Below, one piece after another: positions 10,634-20,638 of a stretch of 64,000 nucleotides of DNA. Each line of letters starts with the position of its first letter. The stretch's first letter is position 1. Under the pieces are notes generated by a model that saw nothing but the letters and a program-made list of their open reading frames with translations, had not been told where the DNA came from and searched no databases. The position numbers were made by a program, and so were the translations under genes. Origin of the DNA: an uncultured Staphylococcaceae bacterium (GTDB lineage: Bacteria > Bacillota_I > Bacilli_A > RFN20 > CAG-826). Location: assembly GCA_964606005.1 (NCBI GenBank), contig CAZSEU010000001.1, positions 8,983 to 72,982 of the forward strand, in the 5' to 3' direction.

Positions 10634-10848
10634 ATTAAGCAAGAAGCCAATTCATGAGATAACCTTAGAGCGAGTACCTAGTGGTGAAAAGGGTATAGGT
10701 AAGGCATGAAGCGCCACTTCCCAAGATTCGGGTAATGCCGACGTACAAATCGCGTTAAGATTTGAAGCAAGTGCTTCCACGAGTGTGGGAGAAAAAGGAT
10801 GGTACCGCGGAGAAATTCGTTCCTTATTAAAAGGGACGTTTTATATTT
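10634..10848 (+). promoter_or_regulatory. T-box riboswitch leader of alaS. A predicted promoter with an extended -10 'TGcTAAATT' lies at about 10619..10627
   Basis: Conserved T-box sequence 'GGATGGTACCGCGG' at about 10797..10810, followed by a terminator-like helix (cgttcc/gggacg) and a U-run (10817..10848) just before the alaS ribosome-binding site GGAGG. Confidence 0.75.
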
Positions 10849-10860
10849 TTGGAGGTATTT

Positions 10861-13458
10861 ATGCATTACATGAAAGCCAAAGACATTCGTAGAATGTGGT
10901 TAGATTTTTTCGCCAGTAAAGGACATCATATTGAAACTGGCGCTTCTTTGATTCCGAAAAATGATCCAACATTGCTTTGGATTAATGCCGGCGTCGCGGC
11001 ACTTAAGAAATATTTTGATGGTAGTGAAATACCGCCATGTAGAAGAATTACAAATGCCCAAAAATGTATTCGTACTAACGATATTGAAAACGTTGGTCGG
11101 ACAGCTCGACATCACACTTTCTTTGAAATGTTAGGTAATTTCTCGATTGGAGATTATTTTAGACATGAAGTTATTGCTTGGGCAGTTGAACTACTTACAG
11201 ATGAAAAATGGTTCGCTTTCCCAAAAGATAAATTATATATGACTTATCATCCTCAAGACTTAGACACTAAGAAACGTTGGATTGAATGCGGGATTAGCGA
11301 AGAACATCTCATCCCCAAAGAAGACAACTTCTGGGAAATCGGCGAAGGCCCATGTGGCCCTGATACCGAAATTTTCTTCGATCGTGGAGAAAAGTATGAT
11401 CCAGAAGGTATCGGTCTTAAGCTTTTGGTGGAAGACTTAGAAAACGACCGCTATATCGAAATATGGAATATCGTCTTTTCACAGTTCAATTCGGTTCCAG
11501 GCGTTAAACGCGAAGATTATAAAGAACTACCTAGTAAAAACATCGATACCGGTGCTGGTTTAGAACGTTTTGCTTGTGTGTTACAAAATACAGATACTAA
11601 CTTTGAAACCGATCTTTTCTTCCCGGTTATTGAAGAAGTTGAAAAGTTTTCAGGCAAAAAATATAACGATAACCCAATGCCTTTCCGCGTCATCGTTGAT
11701 CACCTTAGAGCGATTAGCTTTGCTTTAGCGGATGGCGAAAGTTTTTCTAACGAAGGACGTGGGTACGTGCTAAGAAGATTGCTTAGAAGAGCAGTTCGTT
11801 TTTGCAAAGTTTTAGGAGTTGAAAAGCCTTACTTATATTCACTTATCCCTCTTGTTGCGAGAAACATGGAGGATTACTATCCTTACTTATTAGGCAAACA
11901 AGATTATGTCGCTAGAATGGTAAAAACTGAAGAAGAAAAATTTATTAAAACCTTATATAACGGCGAAAACTTACTTATGAAATTAATCGAAGAAAATCGC
12001 TCTATTACTGGTGCAGATGTCTTCAAGCTTTATGATACTTTTGGTTTTCCAAAAGAACTGACCGTAGAAATTTGTCATGAACAAGCCATTGAAGTTGATT
12101 TAAAAGTTTTTGAGCAACTCATGGAAGAACAACGTCAAAGAGCAAGAGACGCTAGAGTGGACTTACAATCAATGAACCGTCAAGCTATTGACTTAATGAA
12201 CTGTAACTTACCTTCTACATTTACTTATTCGAGTGAACCAGTAAAAGCAAAAGTTATCGCTTTATTTAAAGATGGTCAAAAAGTAGACGCTATTGATGAT
12301 GAAGGCGAAATTATGCTTGACGTCACTAATTTCTATGCGGAAAGCGGTGGTCAAGTAGCGGACGTTGGCGTTATAGAAAATGACAATATGTCGGCGAAAG
12401 TAATTAACGTGATTAAAGCTCCAAATAAACAACACCTCCATTATTTAAAAGTGATGTATGGCGAAATTAAAAAGGGCGATGTTGTTTTGGCCAAAATCGA
12501 TGAATATCGTCATACCTTAATCGAAAGAAATCACTCTTCATTACACTTATTGCAACAAGCATTAATGGAAGTGCTTGGCGATCATATCAACCAACAAGGC
12601 AGTTATTTAAACGAAGAATACTCACATTTTGACTTTAATCATTACGGTAAGATGAGTCATGAACAAATCGCTGAGGTCGAAAGAAAAGTAAACTATTACA
12701 TTGCTTCCGGACTTAAACGCGACACATTAGTTCTTCCAATCGAAGAAGCTAAAAAGCTTGGCGCAAAAGCTTTGTTTGATGATAAATATGATGATACAGT
12801 ACGCGTGGTCACCTTTGGTGATGTCTCGAAAGAATTTTGTGGTGGTACCCACGTTAATAACACCGCGGATATTGGGTTATTTGTCATCGAATATGAAGAA
12901 AGCATTGCTGCGGGCGTAAGAAGAATTCAAGCTCGTACTTCAATTGGAGCCTATGAATTACTTAAAAAAAGAGAAAACTTACTTAACCAAAGCCGCGACT
13001 TATTAGGTTTAGGTTCAATTGGTGATGTACCTAATAAACTTAAAAACTTAACAAGTGAAAAAGAAGCTTTAAGAAAAGAAAACGAAGACTTGAAAGCCAA
13101 ACTTGCTCAAGCGATGAGTGATGAACTTAAAAATGGTTTTGTGGATAAAAACGGTCTATCAGTATTAATCAAATTCGTTAAAGACCAAAGAAGAGACAGC
13201 TTGCTCAAGATTATTTATGGTTTAAGAGAAAATAAAGATAATTATCTTATCGTCTTAATCGGTGAAGAAAATGGTGGTTATCCAATCGTCGTGGCCGCCA
13301 GTCCAAAAGCCAATGAAAAAGGTTTCCTGGCTGGCAAACTAGTCAAAGATATTGCTAGTTGGTTGGGCGGTTCTGGCGGTGGTAAGCCTGACTTAGCTTC
13401 CGGAGCGGGTAAAGATATGACAAGACTACAAGAAGTAAAGGATTTATTATTAAAATAA
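10861..13458 (+). CDS. alaS: Alanine--tRNA ligase
   Basis: Class II AlaRS motifs; editing-domain 'HSSLHLL' and 'CGGTHV' motifs; C-terminal DHHA1 region. Start chosen at ATG 10861, 5 nt after GGAGG; the ORF track begins at 10849. Confidence 0.95.
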   Translation: MHYMKAKDIRRMWLDFFASKGHHIETGASLIPKNDPTLLWINAGVAALKKYFDGSEIPPCRRITNAQKCIRTNDIENVGRTARHHTFFEMLGNFSIGDYFRHEVIAWAVELLTDEKWFAFPKDKLYMTYHPQDLDTKKRWIECGISEEHLIPKEDNFWEIGEGPCGPDTEIFFDRGEKYDPEGIGLKLLVEDLENDRYIEIWNIVFSQFNSVPGVKREDYKELPSKNIDTGAGLERFACVLQNTDTNFETDLFFPVIEEVEKFSGKKYNDNPMPFRVIVDHLRAISFALADGESFSNEGRGYVLRRLLRRAVRFCKVLGVEKPYLYSLIPLVARNMEDYYPYLLGKQDYVARMVKTEEEKFIKTLYNGENLLMKLIEENRSITGADVFKLYDTFGFPKELTVEICHEQAIEVDLKVFEQLMEEQRQRARDARVDLQSMNRQAIDLMNCNLPSTFTYSSEPVKAKVIALFKDGQKVDAIDDEGEIMLDVTNFYAESGGQVADVGVIENDNMSAKVINVIKAPNKQHLHYLKVMYGEIKKGDVVLAKIDEYRHTLIERNHSSLHLLQQALMEVLGDHINQQGSYLNEEYSHFDFNHYGKMSHEQIAEVERKVNYYIASGLKRDTLVLPIEEAKKLGAKALFDDKYDDTVRVVTFGDVSKEFCGGTHVNNTADIGLFVIEYEESIAAGVRRIQARTSIGAYELLKKRENLLNQSRDLLGLGSIGDVPNKLKNLTSEKEALRKENEDLKAKLAQAMSDELKNGFVDKNGLSVLIKFVKDQRRDSLLKIIYGLRENKDNYLIVLIGEENGGYPIVVAASPKANEKGFLAGKLVKDIASWLGGSGGGKPDLASGAGKDMTRLQEVKDLLLK

Positions 13459-13883
13459 TGGTAACGAAATATTTAGGTTTAGATTTAGGCACAAAGACAC
13501 TAGGCATCGCTTATAGTGATGCTTTGGGTTTTGTACACGGCGTTGAAACGCTTAAATTTGATAAAAACCAATACGTCGTTGCTAGAAAACGCGTCATCCA
13601 ACTAGTGGAACAAATGGGTATTAACCATATTGTGCTCGGTTTACCTTTACACCTGAGTGGCGAAAAAAGCGAAATGAGCGATGTGTGCTTGCGTTTCCGC
13701 GATGACTTATTGAAAGAAAACCCAAATCTTGTCATTGAGATGATGGATGAAAGACTTTCAAGCGTCACTGCGAATAAGAGCATCTCCGAAAGAGGAATGA
13801 ATCATCAACAACGCAAAGATAACGTCGATCGCATTGCCGCTTGTATAATATTAGATACGTTTTTACGTATGAAAGGTTATTAG
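13458..13883 (+). CDS. ruvX: Holliday-junction resolvase-like YqgF/RuvX
   Basis: 'LGLDLGTKTLGIA' RNase H-like N-terminus; conserved position downstream of alaS. Confidence 0.9.
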   Translation: MVTKYLGLDLGTKTLGIAYSDALGFVHGVETLKFDKNQYVVARKRVIQLVEQMGINHIVLGLPLHLSGEKSEMSDVCLRFRDDLLKENPNLVIEMMDERLSSVTANKSISERGMNHQQRKDNVDRIAACIILDTFLRMKGY

Positions 13884-13884
13884 T

Positions 13885-14160
13885 ATGCAAATAAACAAAG
13901 AAAATCAAATGGTTGTAACCGATAGTGAAGGTAAAGAGCATTCAATGCAAATTTTATTCACTTATGATAACGAAGAAAGAAAGGCTTCTTACGTCTTCTT
14001 TTATGATACAGAAGACCCTGAACAAGAAGTGCTGGTGATGCGTTATTATGACAATGGCGAACTCGAAGCTATTGATGAAGAAGAGTTCGAAGAAGTCGAA
14101 GAAGTTTTTGCTGCTTGGCAAGAAGATCCAAAGATTCAAGGGATTAAAGAAGAACATTAA
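13885..14160 (+). CDS. DUF1292 family protein (YrzB-like)
   Basis: Acidic 91-aa protein with 'ASYVFFYDTEDPEQEVLVMRY'; conserved alaS-ruvX-DUF1292 synteny of Firmicutes. Confidence 0.8.
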   Translation: MQINKENQMVVTDSEGKEHSMQILFTYDNEERKASYVFFYDTEDPEQEVLVMRYYDNGELEAIDEEEFEEVEEVFAAWQEDPKIQGIKEEH

Positions 14161-14225
14161 AATAAATCATGGCAATTATCAATTGATATTGATATAATAG
14201 CGACTGCTAGAAAAGAGGTTTATGT

Positions 14226-14699
14226 ATGGCCGAGAAACAAAAACTTACAAGAGCTGGATATAAAAAATTAGAAGACGAAATCACTTACTTAGTGAATGTC
14301 GTTAGAGAAGATGTTAAGCGTCAACTTGCCGAAGCAAGAGCGCAAGGTGACTTATCAGAAAATGCTGACTACGAAGCTGCAAGACAAAAACAAGCAGAAG
14401 TTGAAAGTCGAATTAAAGAAATCGAACTCATCCTCGCGGATGCGGAAATCATTGAAGAAAGCAAAGCCAACACTAAGAAAGTTGGTTTGGGCTCTACCAC
14501 AACAATTCGTTTCTTAGATAACAACAAAGAACAATCATTTATGATTGTTGCCACCGTTGAAAGCAATCCTTTCTCCGGAAAAATTTCTAATTCATGCCCA
14601 TTGGGCAAAGCATTAGTAGGCAAAACTGTTGGCGATGTCGTCGAAGTTAAAGCCGCGAAAAACTATAAAGTCGAAATTCTAAAAATTGAAATTAAGTAA
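14226..14699 (+). CDS. greA: Transcription elongation factor GreA
   Basis: N-terminal coiled-coil, C-terminal FKBP-like domain with '...GSTTTIRFLD...'; 157 aa. Confidence 0.9.
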   Translation: MAEKQKLTRAGYKKLEDEITYLVNVVREDVKRQLAEARAQGDLSENADYEAARQKQAEVESRIKEIELILADAEIIEESKANTKKVGLGSTTTIRFLDNNKEQSFMIVATVESNPFSGKISNSCPLGKALVGKTVGDVVEVKAAKNYKVEILKIEIK

Positions 14700-14723
14700 G
14701 TAAACCTTAGAAAAAAATAGATT

Positions 14724-14757
14724 ACCTCCCTATTAACTGAATAAGGAGGTTTTTTAT
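14724..14757 (+). terminator. Weak hairpin plus T-run after greA; its 3' arm is the comEA Shine-Dalgarno sequence
   Basis: 'acctcc-ctattaactgaataa-ggaggt' followed by 'tttttat', immediately before the comEA ATG. Confidence 0.35.
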
Positions 14758-15294
14758 ATGCTAAAAATCTTAATGAGTGTCGTAGTCGTCGCTTTTATTG
14801 TCATTATCGGTTTTTTGGTCATCGATCCAGATTTAGAACCAATCCAAAACACTAATCCGATTTCAGAAGTAGTAACTGATGGCTCAAAATATACAATTGA
14901 AGGCGAAGTGAACAAAGCCGGGACATATGTTTTAAGCGAAGATATTACCATGGAGCAACTTATTGCTGCGGCTGGTGGAGTAACTGCTAATGCTGATGAT
15001 TTAGCCTATTTTCCAACGGCGGTTTTAAAAGATGATTCTACTTATTATATCGCTCCAAAATTTGATACAAACGACATTTGCTCAACTACCGAAATAAAGA
15101 AAGTTAACATTAATGAAGATGTTGCTGAAACATTGATGAGTGTTTCGGGAATTACAACTTCAATTGCCACTTCGATTGTTTCTTTTAGAACTGGTAACGG
15201 CTTATTTACCACTCTAGAAGATGTGATGAATGTGTATGGCATTGGTAATGCCACTTATCACAAAATCAGAAGCTATATTATTTTACATTCGTGA
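14758..15294 (+). CDS. comEA: Competence protein ComEA (membrane anchor plus helix-hairpin-helix DNA-binding domain)
   Basis: N-terminal TM helix; C-terminal HhH motif '...LMSVSGITTSIATSIVSFR...GLFTTLEDVMNVYGIGNATYHKI'. Confidence 0.85.
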   Translation: MLKILMSVVVVAFIVIIGFLVIDPDLEPIQNTNPISEVVTDGSKYTIEGEVNKAGTYVLSEDITMEQLIAAAGGVTANADDLAYFPTAVLKDDSTYYIAPKFDTNDICSTTEIKKVNINEDVAETLMSVSGITTSIATSIVSFRTGNGLFTTLEDVMNVYGIGNATYHKIRSYIILHS

Positions 15295-17297
15295 TTTTAC
15301 TTCTTGTTTTTATCGCACTTTTTCTAGGATTAAGTTGGAATGGCGCGCACCTAGTTTTTTCATTAGTCATCATCTTATTTTTGTTATTTACTTATAAACG
15401 CGTTAATTACTTAATGACTTTAGTTTTAAGCGGAGTAATTGCTTTTGGAATCGCTATTTCTTTTATCAACATCTCTTATCAAAAAACCATATATCAAGGG
15501 GTGATATACGAAGCTAAAGAAAACTACTTTTTATTTAATAGTGGTGGCGAAAGACTATATATTTACGAAAAAAAGCATGGCCATGAAATTGGCGACATCT
15601 TGAAAATAGAAGGAGAAAAACGAAAACTCGATTTTACAGTTCTTGAATCAGATTTTGATTTCAATGACTATCTTAATAGAAAAGGTGTTTTTTACTCACT
15701 CGAAATAAATGAGATGAAAGTAGTCTTTTCTAATCCAGTACGCATTAGAAGTTATCAAGAAAAGTTTCTTAGCAATTTTAACGAAACAGAGCGCAGTATT
15801 ATCGGTGCAATTTTATTTTCTAAAGGCGAAGATAGCGCTTTAAGGACCACGCTTGATAATTTACACCTCACACGGTTTTTAACTGCAACAGGGCTTTATA
15901 TCATGGGTTTTGTCGTTTTATTGAACTATGTACTCAAAATATTCTTGAAGGATAAAACCTCCGAAGCAATTTCCACCATAGTGATACTAGTTTATAGCGT
16001 TATTACCTTTCCTAGATTGGCCATTATTCGTGTGGCCGCTATTCAAGTATATAAGTGGATTAATAAGTATGTGCTAAAACAAAGGTTTTCTTATTTAGAA
16101 ATTTTGTCGTCTCTTGGTATTGCTTTTTTACTATTTGACCATTATTTAGCTAGACAAGATAGCTTCATTTTGGGTTTTTCGATTCCGTTAGTTGCGTATC
16201 TGATCCGTGATATTTGTCCTGAAAACAAACTTAAAAGTTCAATGGTAAAAACATTTGCCATTTATTTATTATTTTTGCCTTTTGAAGCAAAGTTTTATTA
16301 TAAAATAAACATTTTTGCTTTACCCTTACAAGTTTTATCCACTCCTTTGTTCATGGTTATAAGCTTGACCTCAATAATAAGTTTATTCGGCTTACCGTTA
16401 ACAAAACTTTGTAGTTTTTTGGTTGCTTGTTTAACTAACTATACCAAAATAATTAAGCATATCAGCTTGGCAATCTTTTTACCCCCTTTGCCTGATTTGT
16501 TTGGGTTAATATATGGCGTAATTTACTTAGGATATTTATATTATTTATCGTTAGGTCTAAGGCCGTTTGCTCGCGCTATATCATATATTTTATGTTCACT
16601 AATTTTGGTGTACTCTTTACCGATTGGCAATGCTCTTTCTTCAGAGGTGTCTTTTGTTAATGTAGGTCAAGGCGATTGTACAATTATTCGCTATAAAAAC
16701 AAAGTTTCAATGGTGGACACTGGTGGCTTGACATATAAAGATATTGCCCAAGATGTGCTTGTTCCTTATTTGCACAAAAAGCGTATCTACACAATCGAAA
16801 ATGTGTTCATCACTCATTATGATGAGGACCACTATGGTGCGCTTTCTGGCTTACAAAAACAATATAAGATTAAGAATATTTATGATTATCAAAGCATTTT
16901 TCCAGTAAAGATGGGAAAACTTACTTTTTATAACTACAACACATTTACTGATTTAGTTGAAGAAAACGACCGGTCACTGGTGCTTGGTTTTCGCCTTGGT
17001 AATTTAGATTACTTATTAATGGGCGATGCCACTAAGAAAGTGGAAAAACGCATTATGGAACGTTATCCAGCATTATCGTGCGACATCTTAAAAGTGGGGC
17101 ACCATGGTTCGGAAACCTCTACGTCAAATGAGTTTATAAAATACTTAAATCCTCAACATGCAGTAATTTCGTGTGGCAAAAACAATTATTTCGGTCATCC
17201 TGCAAAAAACGTGCTTACAATTTTAAAAACTAATCAAGTACAAATAAGACGAACTGATTTAGAAGGAACGATAACTTTTCGTATGATGTTTGTCTAG
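15291..17297 (+). CDS. comEC: DNA internalisation competence protein ComEC/Rec2
   Basis: Polytopic membrane competence domain plus C-terminal metallo-beta-lactamase domain ('HYDEDHYG', 'VGHHGSETST'). Confidence 0.9.
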   Translation: MILLLVFIALFLGLSWNGAHLVFSLVIILFLLFTYKRVNYLMTLVLSGVIAFGIAISFINISYQKTIYQGVIYEAKENYFLFNSGGERLYIYEKKHGHEIGDILKIEGEKRKLDFTVLESDFDFNDYLNRKGVFYSLEINEMKVVFSNPVRIRSYQEKFLSNFNETERSIIGAILFSKGEDSALRTTLDNLHLTRFLTATGLYIMGFVVLLNYVLKIFLKDKTSEAISTIVILVYSVITFPRLAIIRVAAIQVYKWINKYVLKQRFSYLEILSSLGIAFLLFDHYLARQDSFILGFSIPLVAYLIRDICPENKLKSSMVKTFAIYLLFLPFEAKFYYKINIFALPLQVLSTPLFMVISLTSIISLFGLPLTKLCSFLVACLTNYTKIIKHISLAIFLPPLPDLFGLIYGVIYLGYLYYLSLGLRPFARAISYILCSLILVYSLPIGNALSSEVSFVNVGQGDCTIIRYKNKVSMVDTGGLTYKDIAQDVLVPYLHKKRIYTIENVFITHYDEDHYGALSGLQKQYKIKNIYDYQSIFPVKMGKLTFYNYNTFTDLVEENDRSLVLGFRLGNLDYLLMGDATKKVEKRIMERYPALSCDILKVGHHGSETSTSNEFIKYLNPQHAVISCGKNNYFGHPAKNVLTILKTNQVQIRRTDLEGTITFRMMFV

Positions 17298-17311
17298 TTT
17301 AAGACAGTAAA

Positions 17312-18310
17312 ATGCCCTATAATAAGGGCATGATTTATTTGATAAGTGGCAAACAAAACATCCGTTTAAAAAGCCAAATGAAAAAGGTCGTTGAAAAGTC
17401 TCTGTCTGACGTTGATGCGATGAATTTCGTCAGGTTTGATAGTTTGTTAACTCCTGTTCAAGAAATAGTTAAAGAAGCTAATTATTTGCCTTTAGGTTAT
17501 GAACACAAGGCGATTATTATTGATAACCCATATTATTTAACGAAGGACAAGGGTCGCAACAAAGTTGAAAGCGAGCAAAATTATTCCGCTTTAGTTAATT
17601 ACTTGAGCAATCCTAATCCAGAGACAGATTTGATTTTTCTCGTCAATACGACTAATTCAGACATTAATAAAAAACTCGAATTATTTGTCCTAATAGAAAA
17701 AAACGGGCAAATCATTGAAGTGCCCGAACCAGAGAAAAAACAATGGGTAGATATTGTTAGACAGTATTTTAAAGAAAAGTGGCCATACCACACGGTTGAT
17801 AGCGAAGCAATTAATGAAATCGCTAGAAGAACTGATGGTGATTACGCCTCTTTATTCAATAATGGGGCTAAAGTGGCTTTATATTCTAATCGCATTACTT
17901 TTCAATCCGTCAGCTTATTAATCACCCGTCCTTTGGAAGAAAACGCTTTTTTATTGTTCAATTATTTAATCGAAGAAAGAAACGCTGAAGCAATCAATTT
18001 ATTCCGCGACTTAAAAACTAGTAATGTCGAACCAGTAACTTTGATTTCAATGATTGCCAATCAATTCAGGTTATTGAATCGTGTTTCTTATTTATCGCGT
18101 CATGGATATGATAGTGATCAAATAGCCAAAGAATTGGCTATTAATCCAATTCGCGCCAAAATTTTAAGAAAAAATAGTATGATCGTTTCGCGTAAAGTGA
18201 TTGATCAAACTTTAGAAGCTTTATATCAATTAGACTTTCAAATAAAAAGCGGTATTGTAGACCGCTATTTCAGTTTTGAACTGTTCTTAATCAATTTTTC
18301 TCGTCAGTAA
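17312..18310 (+). CDS. holA: DNA polymerase III delta subunit
   Basis: 'YLISG' N-terminus; conserved comEC-holA-rpsT synteny. An alternative start at ATG 17330 is possible; both starts sit inside the hairpin 17312..17331. Confidence 0.8.
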   Translation: MPYNKGMIYLISGKQNIRLKSQMKKVVEKSLSDVDAMNFVRFDSLLTPVQEIVKEANYLPLGYEHKAIIIDNPYYLTKDKGRNKVESEQNYSALVNYLSNPNPETDLIFLVNTTNSDINKKLELFVLIEKNGQIIEVPEPEKKQWVDIVRQYFKEKWPYHTVDSEAINEIARRTDGDYASLFNNGAKVALYSNRITFQSVSLLITRPLEENAFLLFNYLIEERNAEAINLFRDLKTSNVEPVTLISMIANQFRLLNRVSYLSRHGYDSDQIAKELAINPIRAKILRKNSMIVSRKVIDQTLEALYQLDFQIKSGIVDRYFSFELFLINFSRQ

Positions 18311-18574
18311 TTACTTCAAAGTATTTACTAAGTCAGAGAGATGTGATTTTTGTCTGGCTGCCGTATTTTTATGTTGCACGCCATCACTAACTGATTTATC
18401 GATTAAACGGAAAGCTGCATCTAATAATGCTTGAGCATTCGCTAAATCTTTAGCTTCGACTGCGAGTTTCACTTTTTTTACTGCGGTACGAATTGCGGAT
18501 TTTTTAGAAGCGTTTCTAAGGCGAGCTTTCTCGTTAGTTTTATTACGTTTGATTTGTGATTTTATGTTTGCCAT
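18311..18574 (-). CDS. rpsT: 30S ribosomal protein S20
   Basis: 87-aa basic protein 'MANIKSQIKR...'. Confidence 0.92.
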   Translation of the reverse strand: MANIKSQIKRNKTNEKARLRNASKKSAIRTAVKKVKLAVEAKDLANAQALLDAAFRLIDKSVSDGVQHKNTAARQKSHLSDLVNTLK

Positions 18575-18637
18575 AAAGTTACCTCTTTCTTGGTGTCGTG
18601 TGTAATATTATCAAAAGCCAACAAATAATGCAATTAT

Positions 18638-20626
18638 TTATTTGCTTATCGATGCATTTTTCTTTAGTTCAACAATTTCTGCGACGAAATCGTTAACACA
18701 AGTGAGAAGACCGTATTTCTCTTCTTTGATTTCGACATTGAACTCTTGATTGATACGTTGAACCATTTCTACATAGTTCATGGAGTCGCCACCAAGGTCA
18801 TCAATCCAGTGATCTTCATCATTAATTTTAAAGGTTGGAAGATAAACAGTTTTAGAAAAAATGTTTTTAACTTTTGGAACGATGTTATCGACTACTTCCT
18901 GAGGAAACTTGACCGCGCTTTTCTTTTCTTTTTTGCTGTTAAGTTCTAAATAGTTCGTTGAGCCATTTTCAATATCTTTTTTAATCATGAAACGTTTTAC
19001 TTTCATGTTATTCGCAAGTGGAAGATGATTTTTTGCAAAGTAAATGCGACTAATTTTAGCATTGTGTGGTAAAACAGTAGCGCGGATTTGCTTTTCAAGT
19101 TTTCCTAAACTATCTTCATTGGCATTATCACTGAATTCTAATACTAAAACAATATCTTCGTGAAGTGCATTATTAGGGTTGGTTACTCCTAACACGCATA
19201 AGTTAGTAACATCTTGCAAACCTTTGAAGAAAATTTCTAATTCATCAGGAAAAATATTTTCTCCGTTTTCGTTAATAATTACGTCTTTTGATCTACCCTT
19301 AATAATGAAACCTGTGGCTTCTTCTTTGACGATATCGCCAGTGTGAAGGTAACCATCATCTAAAACAGTATCTTTCTCCACGCCACCGATAATTTCCCTA
19401 ACGTGAATTGTAGGTGATTTAATTAATAGTTCATTTGTCTTAGGATCAACTTTATAAGTAACACCATGAAGTGGCTTACCGATATATCCTAATAAGCGTT
19501 GTTTAACATCTGGAGAAAGTTCTACAGAAGTAACGCCAACCTCAGTAATTCCATAACCATTATATAAAGGATAACCTAAACCATTAACAGTTTTTAAGGT
19601 ATCAAGCGATAAGTAGCCACCGCCTGAAATACAATAAGTAACCTTCTTGCCAAGAATAACTTTTTTGACTTTGTTATTAACGATTTTCTTGCTCGCGAAA
19701 CCAGCTTCTTTAGCATTTATTTCTTTTAAATTATAAGCGATCATTTTTTCTAATAAGGCTTGTTTTTCTGCGCTTTGAAGAGCAAATTTACGCTTAACAG
19801 ATTGACTTAATGAATCCCAAAAGAGGGGAACACTATAAACGTGGGTAACGCCGGCTTTTTGACAAACACTCAATAAATCAGTTGGTGTATTGCTTTTTGG
19901 GAAGACTAATGTTGTTCCATAAAACGTATACCACAAAAAGACAGCGACGAAACCAAAGATATGGTGAAATGGAACCATGGCTAAAATTTTAATTCTGCCA
20001 TATTTTTGAGGGTACATAATATCAACGCTGGTGTTGCCCATATCTAATGAACAGCAAATTTGATTAACGAAATTAGCACCTTTAAAAACCATTAGTTTGG
20101 CTTCACCAGTTGTCCCACTTGAAGAAAACATGACTTCGTCTGCCCAAATAGGATTTGCTAATAATTCTTTAGCGTCTTGTAGGATAGATATTAACTTGAT
20201 TTTTGTCAACTCGTATTGATTGATATCATCGGTAACAATAGCAATCGCTTTGCTTTGTTTTGCGACGTTAATGGTATTATCATAGCCAAGTCTTGCATCT
20301 AAAAGAATCGGCACAAAGCCACTCATTAAAAGACCCCAAAAAACTTCGCCCCAGGTTGGACAATTACTCAGTTTGAGAATGACGCGATTAGTATCTTTTT
20401 TCTCGATATGCGTGACAAAATATTGCGCATATTTTTTAATGTTCGACTGCATATCGCGGTAACGATACTTTTTCGTTTTATTATTAACATCGAAATATTC
20501 GGCATAAATTTGCTTTTGGTTACTGGCAAATATTTCATTATAGATATCACTAAATTGTTGTTTTGTGTTTAGCAGATTTGCTGCTTTGTATAAAAAAGAG
20601 GTAACGATTTCGGGTTTCTTGCTCAT
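18638..20626 (-). CDS. Stand-alone adenylation (AMP-binding) domain fused to an acyl/peptidyl-carrier domain (A-T didomain)
   Basis: Adenylation core motifs 'SSSGTTGEAK' (A3), 'NGYGITE' (A5), 'HTGD' (A7), 'GRSKDVIINENGENIFPDELE' (A8) and 'KVKR' (A10); C-terminal phosphopantetheine site 'LGGDSM'. Confidence 0.8.
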   Translation of the reverse strand: MSKKPEIVTSFLYKAANLLNTKQQFSDIYNEIFASNQKQIYAEYFDVNNKTKKYRYRDMQSNIKKYAQYFVTHIEKKDTNRVILKLSNCPTWGEVFWGLLMSGFVPILLDARLGYDNTINVAKQSKAIAIVTDDINQYELTKIKLISILQDAKELLANPIWADEVMFSSSGTTGEAKLMVFKGANFVNQICCSLDMGNTSVDIMYPQKYGRIKILAMVPFHHIFGFVAVFLWYTFYGTTLVFPKSNTPTDLLSVCQKAGVTHVYSVPLFWDSLSQSVKRKFALQSAEKQALLEKMIAYNLKEINAKEAGFASKKIVNNKVKKVILGKKVTYCISGGGYLSLDTLKTVNGLGYPLYNGYGITEVGVTSVELSPDVKQRLLGYIGKPLHGVTYKVDPKTNELLIKSPTIHVREIIGGVEKDTVLDDGYLHTGDIVKEEATGFIIKGRSKDVIINENGENIFPDELEIFFKGLQDVTNLCVLGVTNPNNALHEDIVLVLEFSDNANEDSLGKLEKQIRATVLPHNAKISRIYFAKNHLPLANNMKVKRFMIKKDIENGSTNYLELNSKKEKKSAVKFPQEVVDNIVPKVKNIFSKTVYLPTFKINDEDHWIDDLGGDSMNYVEMVQRINQEFNVEIKEEKYGLLTCVNDFVAEIVELKKNASISK

Positions 20627-20638
20627 AATAATTATCCT

